NCBI GenBank assembly: GCA_030295235.1
Contig: AP026152.1
Span: 1-64,000 of the forward strand
DNA length: 64,000 nucleotides
Direction of reading: 5' to 3'
Source: Fistulifera solaris
Lineage: Eukaryota
Part shown: positions 49,533 to 62,409 of the stretch, piece after piece
Position numbering within the stretch: the stretch's first letter is position 1
Layout of the letters: each line of letters opens with the position of its first letter
Position numbers and translations under genes: made by a program
Notes under the pieces: generated by a model
The model's input: only the letters and a program-made list of their open reading frames with translations
What the model was told of the DNA's origin: nothing
Database searches by the model: none

Positions 49533-50141
49533 ATTGTTTTTTCGTTGGGTAAGAATACCAGTTGAGACAAAGGTTAGCAAGGAATCCGATACAAACAAAT
49601 CAGCAAATAAATAGACGTTTGCTCATCGATCTCGATCGCATCATCGTGTTGTTATTGCGATGATCCGTCTCATTCATTATTTCTTGCTGCATACGTCACC
49701 GTCGCTGCTGTGACTGTGACCTGTGACTCAGGTAATCACGAATGAATGGCGTGTGATCGTAACTCGAGCTCTAGTGCACAACGAATATACTGTATACTGT
49801 CATGCATGTTCAAAGCACTACCAGATACTTATAAAACGAGAATGCAAGTCTCAACGGCCAGAGGCGTTTTAGATGTTCTATCCACTGTCCTTCTCAATGT
49901 ACACCAGCGATCCGCTCGTTTCTGTTCGCATTCGATATTATATACAAACTACCTTATAGTATTATGCACGACCTACAGTAACGTTTTCCACTCTAAAGAG
50001 TGGTTTGGCGAGAAAAAGGCATCCGTTGATAAGTTAGTTCCATGTCGTCCTTCGCTCACGTTTTTGCAACTTTTTGATGAAAACGGTCGCTCACCACAAT
50101 ACAACCATCCAATTGATAGAAACCTTTAATTCAAAACAGCC

Positions 50142-51053
50142 ATGAAGTTCGTATCCGCAAGTCTTTTCCTTTCCTTGATGGGCGCCGCGTCTGCGTTGGA
50201 AGAGCCTTCTTCGATCCTCGAATCGATGCAGGGTGAGCGTCACTTAAAGAAGCTCTTAGAACTCGATGAGGGTTTCGCCAAGCTGCAACAAGACACTGAA
50301 CGAGACCTCCAGATCGGCAGTGGCCTCTTCTGCGAAAAGCAATTGGATGCCTGCCGCACCTACACTGGAGGAAACTCCGTCGAACTCTGGTCGACCTACT
50401 TGGCGCCCATGCAAAACGGCACTCTTCCTTTTGGCCTCGGTCCCCTCTTCGCCGTCATTGAGCTCTTCACCAACGTTGGACTTGCAATTGGAGAAACCTT
50501 GGGACTTGTCACCTTGACCAACGTTTTGACGGTCGTTGAAAACGTTTTGGGCGTGCTTTCCGATCTTTTGTCTCGATTCCGAACGATGACCTTTGAGGCG
50601 GTCGTCACCGAGATGATTGAGTTGGAGCAGCAGACGAGCGAAGTCTTCGTGGAAAGTGAAGCCATGTGGGACCAATTCGCGACTTTGCAAAATGAAGTGC
50701 TTGCTATCTTGCAAGGAGCAGTTGATCAAGCGCAGGCACGAGGAAGTATGGCCGTTTCATCCGCGTACGATGTGATTGCATCTTTGTTGAACTTCTACGC
50801 TGAGTTGTACCGCTCTATTGTTGCCGTTGGCTTGGGACCTACCAGCCAAGCTGTTGTTGACTGTCAGTCGGACCGTGTGTCCTGCTCGATTGACCGCTTG
50901 GCCATCGATGTTATTCCGGCTTTGACTTCTTTGGTCGTTTACTTGGGTGCTGAGGCCAACTCCACCGCAACAAACGCCACCTTACCCATCGTCTCCAACG
51001 CCACCGCGCCGGTTGCTGCCAACAGCACCACGAACGCCACGGTTACTCCTTAA
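50142..51053 (+). CDS. Secreted helical glycoprotein, paralog 1
   Basis: Signal peptide; RHL/RDL motifs; LFCEKQLDAC; C-terminal N-x-T sequon repeats. Confidence 0.82.
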   Translation: MKFVSASLFLSLMGAASALEEPSSILESMQGERHLKKLLELDEGFAKLQQDTERDLQIGSGLFCEKQLDACRTYTGGNSVELWSTYLAPMQNGTLPFGLGPLFAVIELFTNVGLAIGETLGLVTLTNVLTVVENVLGVLSDLLSRFRTMTFEAVVTEMIELEQQTSEVFVESEAMWDQFATLQNEVLAILQGAVDQAQARGSMAVSSAYDVIASLLNFYAELYRSIVAVGLGPTSQAVVDCQSDRVSCSIDRLAIDVIPALTSLVVYLGAEANSTATNATLPIVSNATAPVAANSTTNATVTP

Positions 51054-51541
51054 TTTCTTCATTCTCTGTAGAAAGTAATGAGTTAAATTATTCATACGTA
51101 TCGGAAAAACTTGATCAGGTACATTCTATTATTTTTTTTAATAAGCGTCGGAATAATTTAGATAATACCACGGTGTGCTTAGCCCTATTCAAAGACTGAC
51201 TACAAATAATAATAGAGTCAGGATGACGAAACTTTTGGCCGTTCGACATAGGTCGGACTCGGGACTGACTGAATTTGAGTCGTCGTCCAAAAAGTAAAAT
51301 ACACTTTAAGCCATACTGGTAAAATGTCTTGTTTGTTGCATACGGCGACCACCGTAAATAGACAAAATAATTAGACGAATGTTAACGGTCCGTTTGGTAA
51401 CTACAGGAAAGCAACAGCCATAACCTTGTTGGCTTTTCGTAATCGATCAAGCTTTCGCCAAAGTGAAAGCTCCTCACATTTTTGTCGATCGCCCACAATA
51501 AAACAAAAAACAATTCTTCTTTCTCGCCACTCATCGTCACC

Positions 51542-52530
51542 ATGAAAATTGCTTCAGCTTCCATTCTCTTAACTTTATCGACAGTGTCGCATGCTTTGGA
51601 GCATCCTGTCGCGCAGGCCCAGCTCGAACCGGCGCAACTCGACCATCTTCATGATCTTTACAATAGCTTTCAAGAATTGCAACAGGGTGTGCAAAGTAGT
51701 CACCACCGCGACTTGGCGTTAGGGGATGGTGCCTTGGCGTTAGGAGATGCTTTATTGTGCCGCTTTCAACTGGCGTCGTGCCAAACTCTTACCGCCGCGG
51801 CGAACGTCGAGGCCTGGGCTGATAGCTTGCAACCGATGCAGAACTCGACGACCATGGGTCCTTTGTTGACCATTTTGAATCTTGCGACCGACGTGGCGGA
51901 GTCGTTGGCGGAATTGGCGGGCCTGGGTACTTTGAATATGGTACTAGACTCGGCCGATTCCGTGCTGAAGATCTTGTCGGAACTGTTGGGAAATTTGCGC
52001 AATTTTCGAGGATCTTCGTTCGATACCTTGTCGGCGATGGAATCGATTGACGTGGTTGTTCATGAAACCGGTATGGCATTTCAGTCTTTGGGTATGGTAT
52101 GGGCCAATTTTTGGGCTTCGGTGACTGTCGCTTGGACGGAAGCCAAAGGTATTATGACGGAAGCTTACGCCATTTCCGAGACCATGTTCATCACCATGTA
52201 TCGCGATGTCATCAAAGCGTCCGCTAACTTCTTGATGACATTCTGGACGACAACAATTGAATATGTGACCACCGCGGGTTCTCAACAAAGATGGCCTGTG
52301 CGACGGGACGCATTGAATGTTCGTACGAGATGTGGTCGTACGAGATGTTCCCCAGTTTGGCGACACTCTCTTTGATCGGTGGTAATCAACCGGATTCTGT
52401 CGCCAACAAGCCAAATGTTACAAAACCGGAGCCCGTTTCGAATGCCACTTTAGCGACGAATGCAACTCTTCCAGTGGTGAACGCCACCGAGTCGGAACCA
52501 TTGACGAATGCAACACAGCCGGAAGCATAA
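51542..52530 (+). CDS. Secreted helical glycoprotein, paralog 2
   Basis: Signal peptide; RDL; LLCRFQLASC; PMQN shared with paralog 1; N-x-T tail; frameshift at ~52285. Confidence 0.8.
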
Positions 52531-53144
52531 ATGAATATGCCGTGGTGTTGTTTAATAATATGTTTTATTATCTCCTTACTTTTTGTTTGCAATAGATCTC
52601 CTTTATTAAAATTTCTTTCGAGTTCTGTCGTTGTTTCCTCTATTTCCCATTAGGTCCGTGACTGAAATACACCCACGAACCAATGGCTCCACCGGATCGC
52701 TTTCAGCGAAGGCGCGGTCGATTACTTAGTGGGAGAAATGTCTGTTGGGGAATGCCGCGCGCGCATGACGTCAAGCATCGCTCCAGACACATCAATCGGT
52801 TCCGTTTAAGCACCTTGGATATCCTTATCGATACCGTCCGTCATGGATCCGTATGGCAGCGAATAGTACTTTTGATTCCATACACATACGTCAGACAAAA
52901 GGCGTTCGCTGAAGTGGATCTTATTTCGTACCGCATCCAACTCTGTCGACTGACACTTGTCGTCCGCTAACAAACTCCGCCAAAGAATTCGAAACACTGC
53001 CTCCAGCGAGCATCACAATAACACAAACACGAAGACGATGAAGACGACGAAAGAGAGAGGAGAACCGTAAATCACGACAGATAACAACCATTTCAAGCTA
53101 CACGTCTCAAACTATTGAATTATCAAAAGCAAACAACAATACAA

Positions 53145-56100
53145 ATGAATCTTCCGCGGAGAACAATACGATTCTTAATAATCGCGGGCCTCGTCGTTCC
53201 TGCGACGACGTTTACCGTTCCTTCTCTTCAAAGCCATCATCGACGCGCTTCGCATCGACTGTACGATACTTCCATGAACGAAATGTGGTCCAGTATTGCT
53301 GCAACGGCCGTCAGTCCCAGTGAAACACTGCTGACGACCGTCTCGTTAGCGTCCGTATCGGCCCTCGTGGGAGCTGCGAATGCGGGTTTGGCGGCTCGCG
53401 AACGACAACGACAGTCGGAAATGAAAGAGAAATTGCAATCGCAACAAGCCGATTTGGGGAAATTTCAAAAGTCTGTCGAAAATTTGAATCGTCTGGCGCA
53501 GGTGAGTTTTGTATGATTGTGTGTGTTGAAGCATGATGTTTGTGTGTGATTTATTCTGACGTTTGCTTTTTTTACCTTCACTATGTTCAATCTACTTCCT
53601 TAACAGGTACTTACGGCAACCGGGACATTGTCGGCCGCCTATGTACTGTTAAATGTGGTGCCCTTGATCGATCAGTCGTCGAAAATACCCCCGACTTCGA
53701 CCCAAGTCTTGGCGGAGAAACGAGCCGCCGTACGGAGTGCGAGTCAACCGTCCTCGACGATTGCCGACCTCAAATTGCCCGTCAATCAAAAGTTTGATGC
53801 GATTGTCAAAGACTCGATGAAATCATCACCCGATGACTGGATTAAAGAAAAGGAAGGCAAAATGAATGCTTTATTGGAAAAGAAACGAGATCAGCTTTTG
53901 TCGGATTCTTCCGAATCAACGTCGGCGATGAAAGCGCAGTCGGTTACGATTGCCGATGGGGCAGCGAAAGCAACGGCTGCAACAGCGGAAGCTTTCAAGG
54001 CGGAAGTGAACAAAGAAGACTCGAAGAAAGAAGAGGGAGTCAAGGTTGAGGCGAAGAAAGAAGAACCCAAGAAAGCCGATGTCGACGTCAAGAAGGAGGA
54101 TTCGAAAAGCAAAGAGATGAAGTCCGACGTCAAGAAGGAAGAACCGAAATCGGAATTGAAAAAGAAGAGGTCAAAGCGGAAAGCAAAAAGGACGAGGCTG
54201 CCGTAAAGAAAGAGGAAGTAAAACCGGAAGTAAAGAAAGACGACGTGAAAGCTGAAGTCAAGAAAGAGGAACCGAAGAAAGACGAAGTGAAAGGAGAAGT
54301 CAAGAAGGAGGAACCGAAGAAAGATGAAGTGAAAGCAGAAGTCAAGAAGGAGGAACCGAAGAAAGACGAAGTGAAAGGAGAAGTCAAGAAGGAGGAACCG
54401 AAGAAAGATGAAGTGAAAGCAGAAGTCAAGAAGGAGGAACCGAAGAAAGACGAAGTGAAAGCGGAAGTCAAGAAGGAGGAACCGAAGAAAGACGAAGTGA
54501 AAGCGGAAGTCAAGAAGGAGGAACCGAAGAAAGATGAAGTCAAGAAAGAGCTACCTAAGAAAGAGGAAGCGAAAGCGGAGATCAAGACGGAGGAGCCCAA
54601 AAGGAGATGACTAAAGCTGCTGCTCCAACCGAAGACAAAATGATGGATCGTTTGATGACAAAAATGGACGAGGTCAAGATCAAGGAGCCAGAAACGTTCA
54701 TTTCACCGGAGAAGAAGATTGACGAGCCCGCCTTGAAAGACACTCAATCTGAGAAAAAGGAAGATTTTGTTGCTCCGAGCTCGGAAAAGAAAAGAGCAAC
54801 CTGTCGCAGAAAAGAAAGCATCAACTGATGAGCAAAAAGTCGCCCCTGTATCAACTCCTCCTTCTCAAACCGTGTCAGAAACTGCCAAAGCACCCGTCGC
54901 ATCTGTCGAAGTGCGCAAACCAGCAGTCGAGGCAGCCCCAGATGATTCCATTGGGCCGATCTTCCAGAATGCTGCGAAGAGCATGGATGCGTTTTTTACC
55001 GGAATTGGTCGAACTACTTCTTCAATAACACGACAAGTGACTAAGCTGCTTCCCACAGATGTCGCGAAAGAGTTTGAAAAAGTAAATGATAAAGACGTTG
55101 GCCTGTTCACGTCTGTTGCATTCCTTGCTACCACTGTTGGAGGGTTTGTCATCGCAGCAACTCGCGATGACGAACCTGATTCGAAAAAAGCTGAGAGAAG
55201 AGAAGCCGGTAAACGGAGAAAACCGTGCTTTACGCAACAATGGTAAGTCCCCATCTTTGTCTGATTTGGAAATCGCCGATTCGCAAGCTGGTGTTCGGAG
55301 GGAAAACACAAGGGCTGTCTCTGGGAGTACAAGGTCGGGCGAAGCTGATTTTAATAGCATTCCTAAAGATCGTCCTGGTGGTTCTTGGCCATCCGTAACA
55401 TCCCAAGCAATCGATCCTCGATGGATGTCCGTTGCACCAAAGGAAATGCAGCCGGATTATTCGTCTCAAAGAAAGCTCGCCGATTATCTTGCTGGCTCGG
55501 TCAACGATTCTACAATTGTCGGTTCTAAGAATCCCACCTCCGATTCAACTACGAAGCGGAATATCTATCAAAGCTCGCCTCCCAACGTATCAGCGTCAAA
55601 CGGGACACCACAAGCAAAGCCTGCAGATACGCGGTGGACGTCTGTCGCGCCCAGCGAACAACAGCCAAATAAATCATCTCAAACTGAGCGAAATTCAATG
55701 ATGGAAGACATTTCTGCAGCAAGGCGAGGCAAGCCAAAGGATGATTCTTTAGAGAAAATCTCAGAAGAGCCGGCATTTCCTGAGATCGAGGCGTTTGATG
55801 AAAAGCTTACGGGAAGCGCCCCGTCCCCTTGGGCGCGTATTTTCCGAGAAGCCACAGCAATTAGAAATGGTTCTAAGGGCAAATCTTTTACTTCGACGGG
55901 CGTCACTGAATATCGGAGTCGACAAACAGTTCCGAAGACCACGACTTTGCGTGATACACGTATTTCGACCGGTGGAGATCAGTTTCGAAAGGACAATACG
56001 TCGTCCGTTTTAAGCAGTAAAAAGCCAGAAGTTATAAGCCGAGGTCCGTATCCGAGTGCCACGAATTCAGTTATTTCGCTTTATTGGCAAGCGGAGACGC

Positions 56101-58722
56101 CTGAGAAGCATGGTGGTTCTGCGGGATCTGAAGTATGGCAGATTGCGAAGCAACCTGCCGATGTGGAGGATCTTTCTTCTAGATCGCAAGAGCCCCAAAC
56201 CGTTGAGCGGAAGATGCGTGAAACGGTTGGTGATAGTGTGCGTGGATTTGAAAAGAGTCAAAATATGCAAGAGTCCCTCGCGATAAATATGAATGCTCGC
56301 TCTGGTGATGCAGGTGTGCCTCAGCCAATTGAGGAAACGGATCGTAAGGCAGACAGTGGTGACTTTGGAGCACAATTGAGCCAGACAATCTTTGAGGCTA
56401 CTGATCAAAATCTCCCTAAAACTGTAGACAGGCCAAATGAATCCGGAGCGAGTCAGACTATGCAAGAGTCTCCTGGCATGAATGGTCGTTCTGCTAGTTC
56501 TAAAGTACCTCAAGCTTCAGAGCAAGAGCTTCTTAAGGCAAATGGGAATAGTGCTTTTCAGGCTAAGCAAGAATTTGTAGCACTAGATGGCACCTCTGTC
56601 AGTCGTGAAATACCTCTGACAGACAATACTTCGCCGGAAAGCACCGATGGTACTCAGGGCGCGACTCAAACAGGACAAGAGGCATTGCCACCATCGGCTG
56701 CTCCAAGGGCCGTTGATGCTATTTTGCTGCCTACGAGTGTCAATACTGGTAGACGGGTGCCGGACAAGAACACAAATTGGACTGATGGAGAGGTGGAATA
56801 CTCATCAACGGATGCGGAAAAGTCAAAAGCAGAACCTTCACAGCTTCTAGAGAGCGACAATCAGGCCACGTCCTCAAACCCCTGGCCTTATGTTTCTGGT
56901 GAAACGTTTACAGCACCTCCGAACTTTGGATCTTATGTCGACATGGTCGCTGCAGCCGCTCTAGCTGATTTTTCAAGAAAGGAGAAGTACAGTTCTAGCG
57001 AAATGGTTGACGTAATCGACCCCGACGATGAATTTTCCTCCTTGAACTCCAGCTTTCAATGACGCGATGCATTTAAGGGAGATCAGTAACTTACACAATC
57101 ATCTTTTCTACTGCAGGTATCAACGGTGACACTAGATCTGTGACTGACATCACCGACAGATTCGGCCAGAAAAATGCAATGGAACCTACCTCTCGTCTAC
57201 CGCCTACAGATAATGAAAAGAGAAACGGCTTTGGTTCCTATTTAGATCAGATCTCACGAGGCGACAGCCAATCTGTAAATGGCGCTCGTGCCAGCGGGTC
57301 GATGAGGGGTCAGAGCAACCCGTCAGGATGGAATGCTACTGGTTTGAGCGATCCTGATTCATGGGATCCCAGAGACTTTGATCCTTTAACTCAGTCATTG
57401 AGTGGAAGATCAGTGCCTCAGTCACGTGATGAACAGCGACAATCGTTACCACGTCCTACTCCACCTATTGGTGTTTCACCTCGTCCGAACTTGGGGACTG
57501 CAACGCCGATTAATCAACCACAGTCAAACAGTCAAAATCGACCATCTCCAGCGCAGAGAATACCTTCAAACAATATGCAAAGGCCTCCGGATAGAAACGG
57601 CGCTAATCAATCTTCTCCGCGAGCTCCCAAGTCGGATCGGAAACCAGCTTGGACTCCTACGTCGAATAGCGCACCTTACACAAACCCGTCGACACTTATG
57701 CCAACTGATGTGGCACAGCTCTCACAAGCACCGCTACAAGGCGAATCGGTGCAAAGAACTCAGGAGAGAAACCGCACGGAAAGGCCGCCACCGCCACAAG
57801 CTGAAAAAGAGCAACCTGGACGCCACCTTCCAACAATGCGCCATACACCAATCCCTCTACGTTAATGCCTACAGATGTGACTCCTGTAGACGGTGACTCG
57901 TATCTCGGCTCATTGTCGCCCAGCTCGACTAGCACGCGACCTAGAGGCTCCTATAATCCGTTCGGTAGACCAGCTGCCTCGAATACTGGCAGCCCTCCAA
58001 CCGGTCCTTCTGAGAATGCAGCGAGACCGCGAACAATCACCGCCGGACCGGCTGGAACATCAACCAACGATCGAGCAAGTCCCGTTGGTGCTGCTAGGAG
58101 TACAAGATTGCCTAGTCCGCGCCCGGACACGCGTTCTCAACCAGAACCTGCTGAACAACGACCGCCTGTAAAACCTTCAAGAGAAAGTGTCCAAACGGAT
58201 CGTGCGCCAGTAGGTAATTCCGAACCATCATCTTCTCCTGCAGTTCTCAGCCGTCCTGTTGAACCCACCAGGGAAGAAATGCCCCTACAAAGAACTATAG
58301 TAACACCGCAACCGACTCGTCGACCGCAATCCCCTCTGGTTCCGGCTGATTTAATTCGTCCGGTCGAACCGGACATCACATCGGTCACCAGGACGAGCTC
58401 GGGGCGTTCCGACACGAATGATTCCAGAACTCAGCCTGGTTCAGCTGCACGTAACGGCTTTTTTCCACAACAATCCCCACAATCCACTAGCAGAGATCGC
58501 AACGGAGCAAACACAAATAATGCGTCTAGCGGCCAATCGACTAATGAACCCTCATCAGGATCTAGTGAAACCCGTAGGGTCGACTCATCGGTTGGACCTG
58601 ACCAGCCACGAGCAAACAGAACACCGTGGATATCCTCGGGCAATTCTAACGAGCAGTCAGATTACAATCCGAGGAATTTCGATCCAAGAACGCAAAGCTT
58701 TCGCGAGACTTCGCGACGGTGA
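53145..58722 (+). CDS. Very large, mostly disordered, probably plastid-targeted membrane protein with K/E tandem repeats (may be more than one gene)
   Basis: Signal peptide ending ATT|F; intron 53502-53606; chain of + strand ORFs joined by frameshifts; probable intron ending at ~57116; TM-like segments at ~53330-53400, ~53610-53660 and ~55095-55160. Confidence 0.65.
54245..54538 (+). repeat. Coding minisatellite, 7 x 42 nt, encoding VK(A/G)EVKKEEPKKDE
   Basis: Directly visible in the sequence and in ORF 54245-54610. Confidence 0.95.
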
Positions 58723-58861
58723 AAGATCTGACAGTATCATGAAATTGACTCAAAATGGTGTAAACGTCAGGCGAGAACAAGGGCAACATCATATCATCCG
58801 CCAACAAATTTTGTACATTATATAGATCAACTTTAATAGCTAATAAAAGATGGATAACAGA

Positions 58862-61855
58862 TTATGAAGTGGATGGGCGGTATCTCTCTTGAAGCAAACT
58901 TCCTGTTTTGGCGTAGTTAATGCTGCTTTCATCGTAATGATTCGAAGCTGACTTCTTCTCAACTCTTCGGAAAAGACCGACTGCCACTCCCAACAAGTCG
59001 TTTGTTTTCGCGCAACTTGCGTTCAATCGATCGCTTTTAAAGTCAACTGCATTTGCGAAGGAAGTTAAATCTTTAATGACGAGGTCGGGATTGAATCCGG
59101 AAGAACGAGATCTTGTATGTTCCAACTTAAACTTTGCACGTGCCTCGCCGTGATTTGTTGGAGTATTCTGCGATTCGGGTGCGCTATCATAATTAGTAAT
59201 TGACATGAACTCAGAAGAAAGGCTATGGCGCAAGGTGAGGTTTCGCGGTTCCAATAGCCGTTCCGTGAAAGGTTTCAAGGGTTTCGTTCCTAATAATGCC
59301 ATCTCGTAATTTTGTCGTTCTTTATCATTTTCATCGTCGCCTTCTGGGATCGACACATGTTGCATGGACATGGCACGTCTACCTCGAGAAACGGATAGGT
59401 TGTTTCCATTGTTTCCGAAACTTTTGACATCATCTCCATCTAAAATCGTCGTCGAAACATGTTGCATTGAAGCCACGCGCCGTCGACGACGGCGAGGAGA
59501 CGGAAGAGCTTTATTTGGTGACGCCGCACTCACACCCTCTCCTCTGTTTGCTTTCGAATTGATAATACGTGGCGATACTCCACTCAAAGATGTTTCGATT
59601 TGTCGCTCCACTTTCTTTGAGAAGGGAACATGACCAATAGAGCTTGCTCTCTGTTTTCTCCTGAACGGCGAGCGTCGACGACCGTTTTCATCGTTTGCCG
59701 TCTTCAAGGAATCTGTTGTCACGAATCGGATTGAACGGGAGGATCTAGTTGGGCTCTGATTACGACTTGTGCCATGTTTAGTACTGGTAAGCTCACCAAC
59801 CGTCTGCCCATTCAACTCTTTGTCGTCAATACACTCCGACGGAATATGTTCTGCCGCTGTAGATATTGCTGTTTGACCGTGAATTACTTTACTCGATGCA
59901 GATGTCATAGTAGACGACATCAAATTCGACATGTGATTCATTGATGCTGATCTACCTCTTCGTTTCCCCGGAGACGACCGGATGCGTCTCTTTACACTAC
60001 CCGGGGAAATCTCTGTAACATCGGTTGTCTTGGTGGTCGAAACAGTTGGCTCAGAGTCATGTGTACTAGGTTGTGTCTTTCGCGGGTCATGTGCCGTCCT
60101 ACTGATGCACTGCCCTTGAAATTTTCGGGCAACACTCCTACAGGGCGATGCGTTTTCTTCCGGTTCGACTCCCGATTCGGAAAGACTAATGATCGGAATT
60201 CCCACGAGCCCGTTTTTAGGTTGTTTCTTTCGCGGACTAGGCAAACCATCCATAGCTTGTTTGGGTGATAAAGTTGTTGGCTTGTCCATTCCTGATGACG
60301 AAACATCCATATGTTGCTCATTCGAAACCGGCCGAGACCTTGCTCTATTCGTTTCTGCTGGTCGCACCTTTCGTGGACTGGCCTGCTTCTTTCTAATAAC
60401 TGTTTCGTTCATGGTCTTTGGTTGAGAAACGGACGCATCGAGTGCATTTGTGATTGCCTTATTTTCCGTTTGTCGGATTCGTCGAGGACTACTTTTCCGT
60501 TTGGGGATTTTGTTAGGCGGGGAATTCGCGACCTCCTCTGGCATGGTTTCCTCTCGTCGGCTATGGGTACTTGTCGTCATGTCTTGTTGATTTGCTGGTT
60601 CATGTTTCGTCTTGGTCGGTGATTTTGGTCGGCGACTGCGCTTTTGTGTAGTATCAGGATTCTTCTCCAGTGATGATAGTGATTGTTTAGAAGCGGAAGA
60701 CGGCGACGAAACCGGAAGAGGCGGTAATGGTAGAGACGTTTGAGACGAGACCGGAGATGTCGATCCAGTCTCAGCGTCGGGCGTGGAAGGACTCGCTTCG
60801 GGAAATCGCGTCGAATGACCCCCGTAGCCGCCCGACCGGTCGGTTCCAATTTCTTCTGATGAATGAGAAAAGTGGCCAAAGGGTGTGGATCTCGATCGGT
60901 CGGTGTAAGCGCCTGTGGATCGGGTCTATGACGATGATTTGGCGGGGAACTCACAAAGGGTAACATTGTCGACGTCTTGTTCGAGCCGCTGGTTGGAGGC
61001 TTGGGAGAAGACGAGCGGCGCTGGGGCATGATGAGTCCTTGTGTAGTATTTTTGTTTTTAGTTGGCGGAGGGTACTCAATAATCCGTCTCGGTTGTCGAG
61101 CATTCGATAAACTCGAATCTAAATAAGGCTCTCCACCCGCAACCGAGGCTCGTCGTGGTTGTTTGAGTGTATTTGGTTCTGGTGGAAAACGGCTGGTAGC
61201 CGCGGATAAGGACGCACGTCTCATCTTCAGAGCATCATTTGAAGGATTGGGAAGCGATGAAAAGAAAGTGGTCATATCTTTTAACAGAGGCACTTCCGTC
61301 GGCGGAATAGGTTCGAGCGCTGTATCTAAAGTAATCGCCGAAACATCACTGCGAAGATGATGGCTCGTTCTTGTCGTAATCATGGTGCCGTCTTGCCGTG
61401 GAAAGCGATGGAACAAGGAGCTATTCTGTTCCACAATTTTGTTGCGTAGGAAATATTGCATTAAATTCGGTAGCTCATCATCTTTTTCACTTTCATTTTC
61501 ATCACTCAAAGAAAGCAAACTAGCCGCAGCAAAACTGCGTTGTAACGGAGAATCGTCAGCAATCTCCATTCGTAACATTTCGTCGGAATCTTCTTTCCTT
61601 TGTAGCTGTTCGTCTCCGTTCGCTTGTCTCCTACGTTGTTGCTGTTGTTGTCGCGGCTCTACGTGCTCTTTTCTTTTCTTGTTTCTTGGAAATCGTTGAC
61701 GAAAGAGACATGCTGTTTCGGTGCTGCTTGGAATTATTTCGAAAGGAAAGAACAGCGCCTCCAGAGAGAGTGACAAGCCGACGCATTCCACGATGTGGCG
61801 CGACTTTTTCCTCCTCCGCGCTGGTGTCTCGCACCTTCAAATCAAACCGCATCAT
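58862..61855 (-). CDS. Low-complexity S/R/P-rich hypothetical protein
   Basis: Abutting minus-strand ORFs 61631-61858, 60577-61791 and 58862-60580, probably one gene split by frameshifts; recurring ASMxHVS-like motif. Confidence 0.6.
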
Positions 61856-62409
61856 CAAAACTTGCTCGTTTGTCGATTGTGGGTTGAGGAAACTTCTTCT
61901 TCCTTAAGTATCCTAGATTGAGTCATGTATTGTGAGACGATGTCTCTCTAAATAAAGTGATACTATGAACCACGACCGCTTTCGTGTATTATTTCCAAAA
62001 TGGGTCCAACGTTGAAGACGGCAGAGCCAAGTAAGAGGACTCATCGGCTGTGACTCCAAATAAGTACGAAAATTAGCTGTTACAAACAGTTAAAAATAGC
62101 TATAAATAGAAGTACAGGCAATTTATGATTGAGTAGTGGACTAAGTGCCGGATGCTGTATGTATTGATATAATTAGCCATGTCACACGTTCCTAGCGAGA
62201 CACACAAAACAGAAACGAGACACAACACACGAACAAGCGCGTTGCAGTCACGAATTCTGCGACGACGCAAGAAGTTGACTTGCAAACGATAAAATCTAGA
62301 GAGATCAGTAGCCTAGACTAGTCTCCAGTCTAGATTGAAATAAAATCAATGTCTCTAACTCTATCTATCTGCTAACGTCGAATGAATATCTTTGTGGATT
62401 GTTCTTTTC

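Noticed and set aside
2405..61855. Mass pseudogenisation or programmed frameshifting in PK, PEPC, PAP, UNC93-like and others
   Set aside because: The breaks are mostly single-base indels in homopolymers within otherwise conserved genes, and the two MITE arms differ the same way; long-read consensus error is the simplest explanation.
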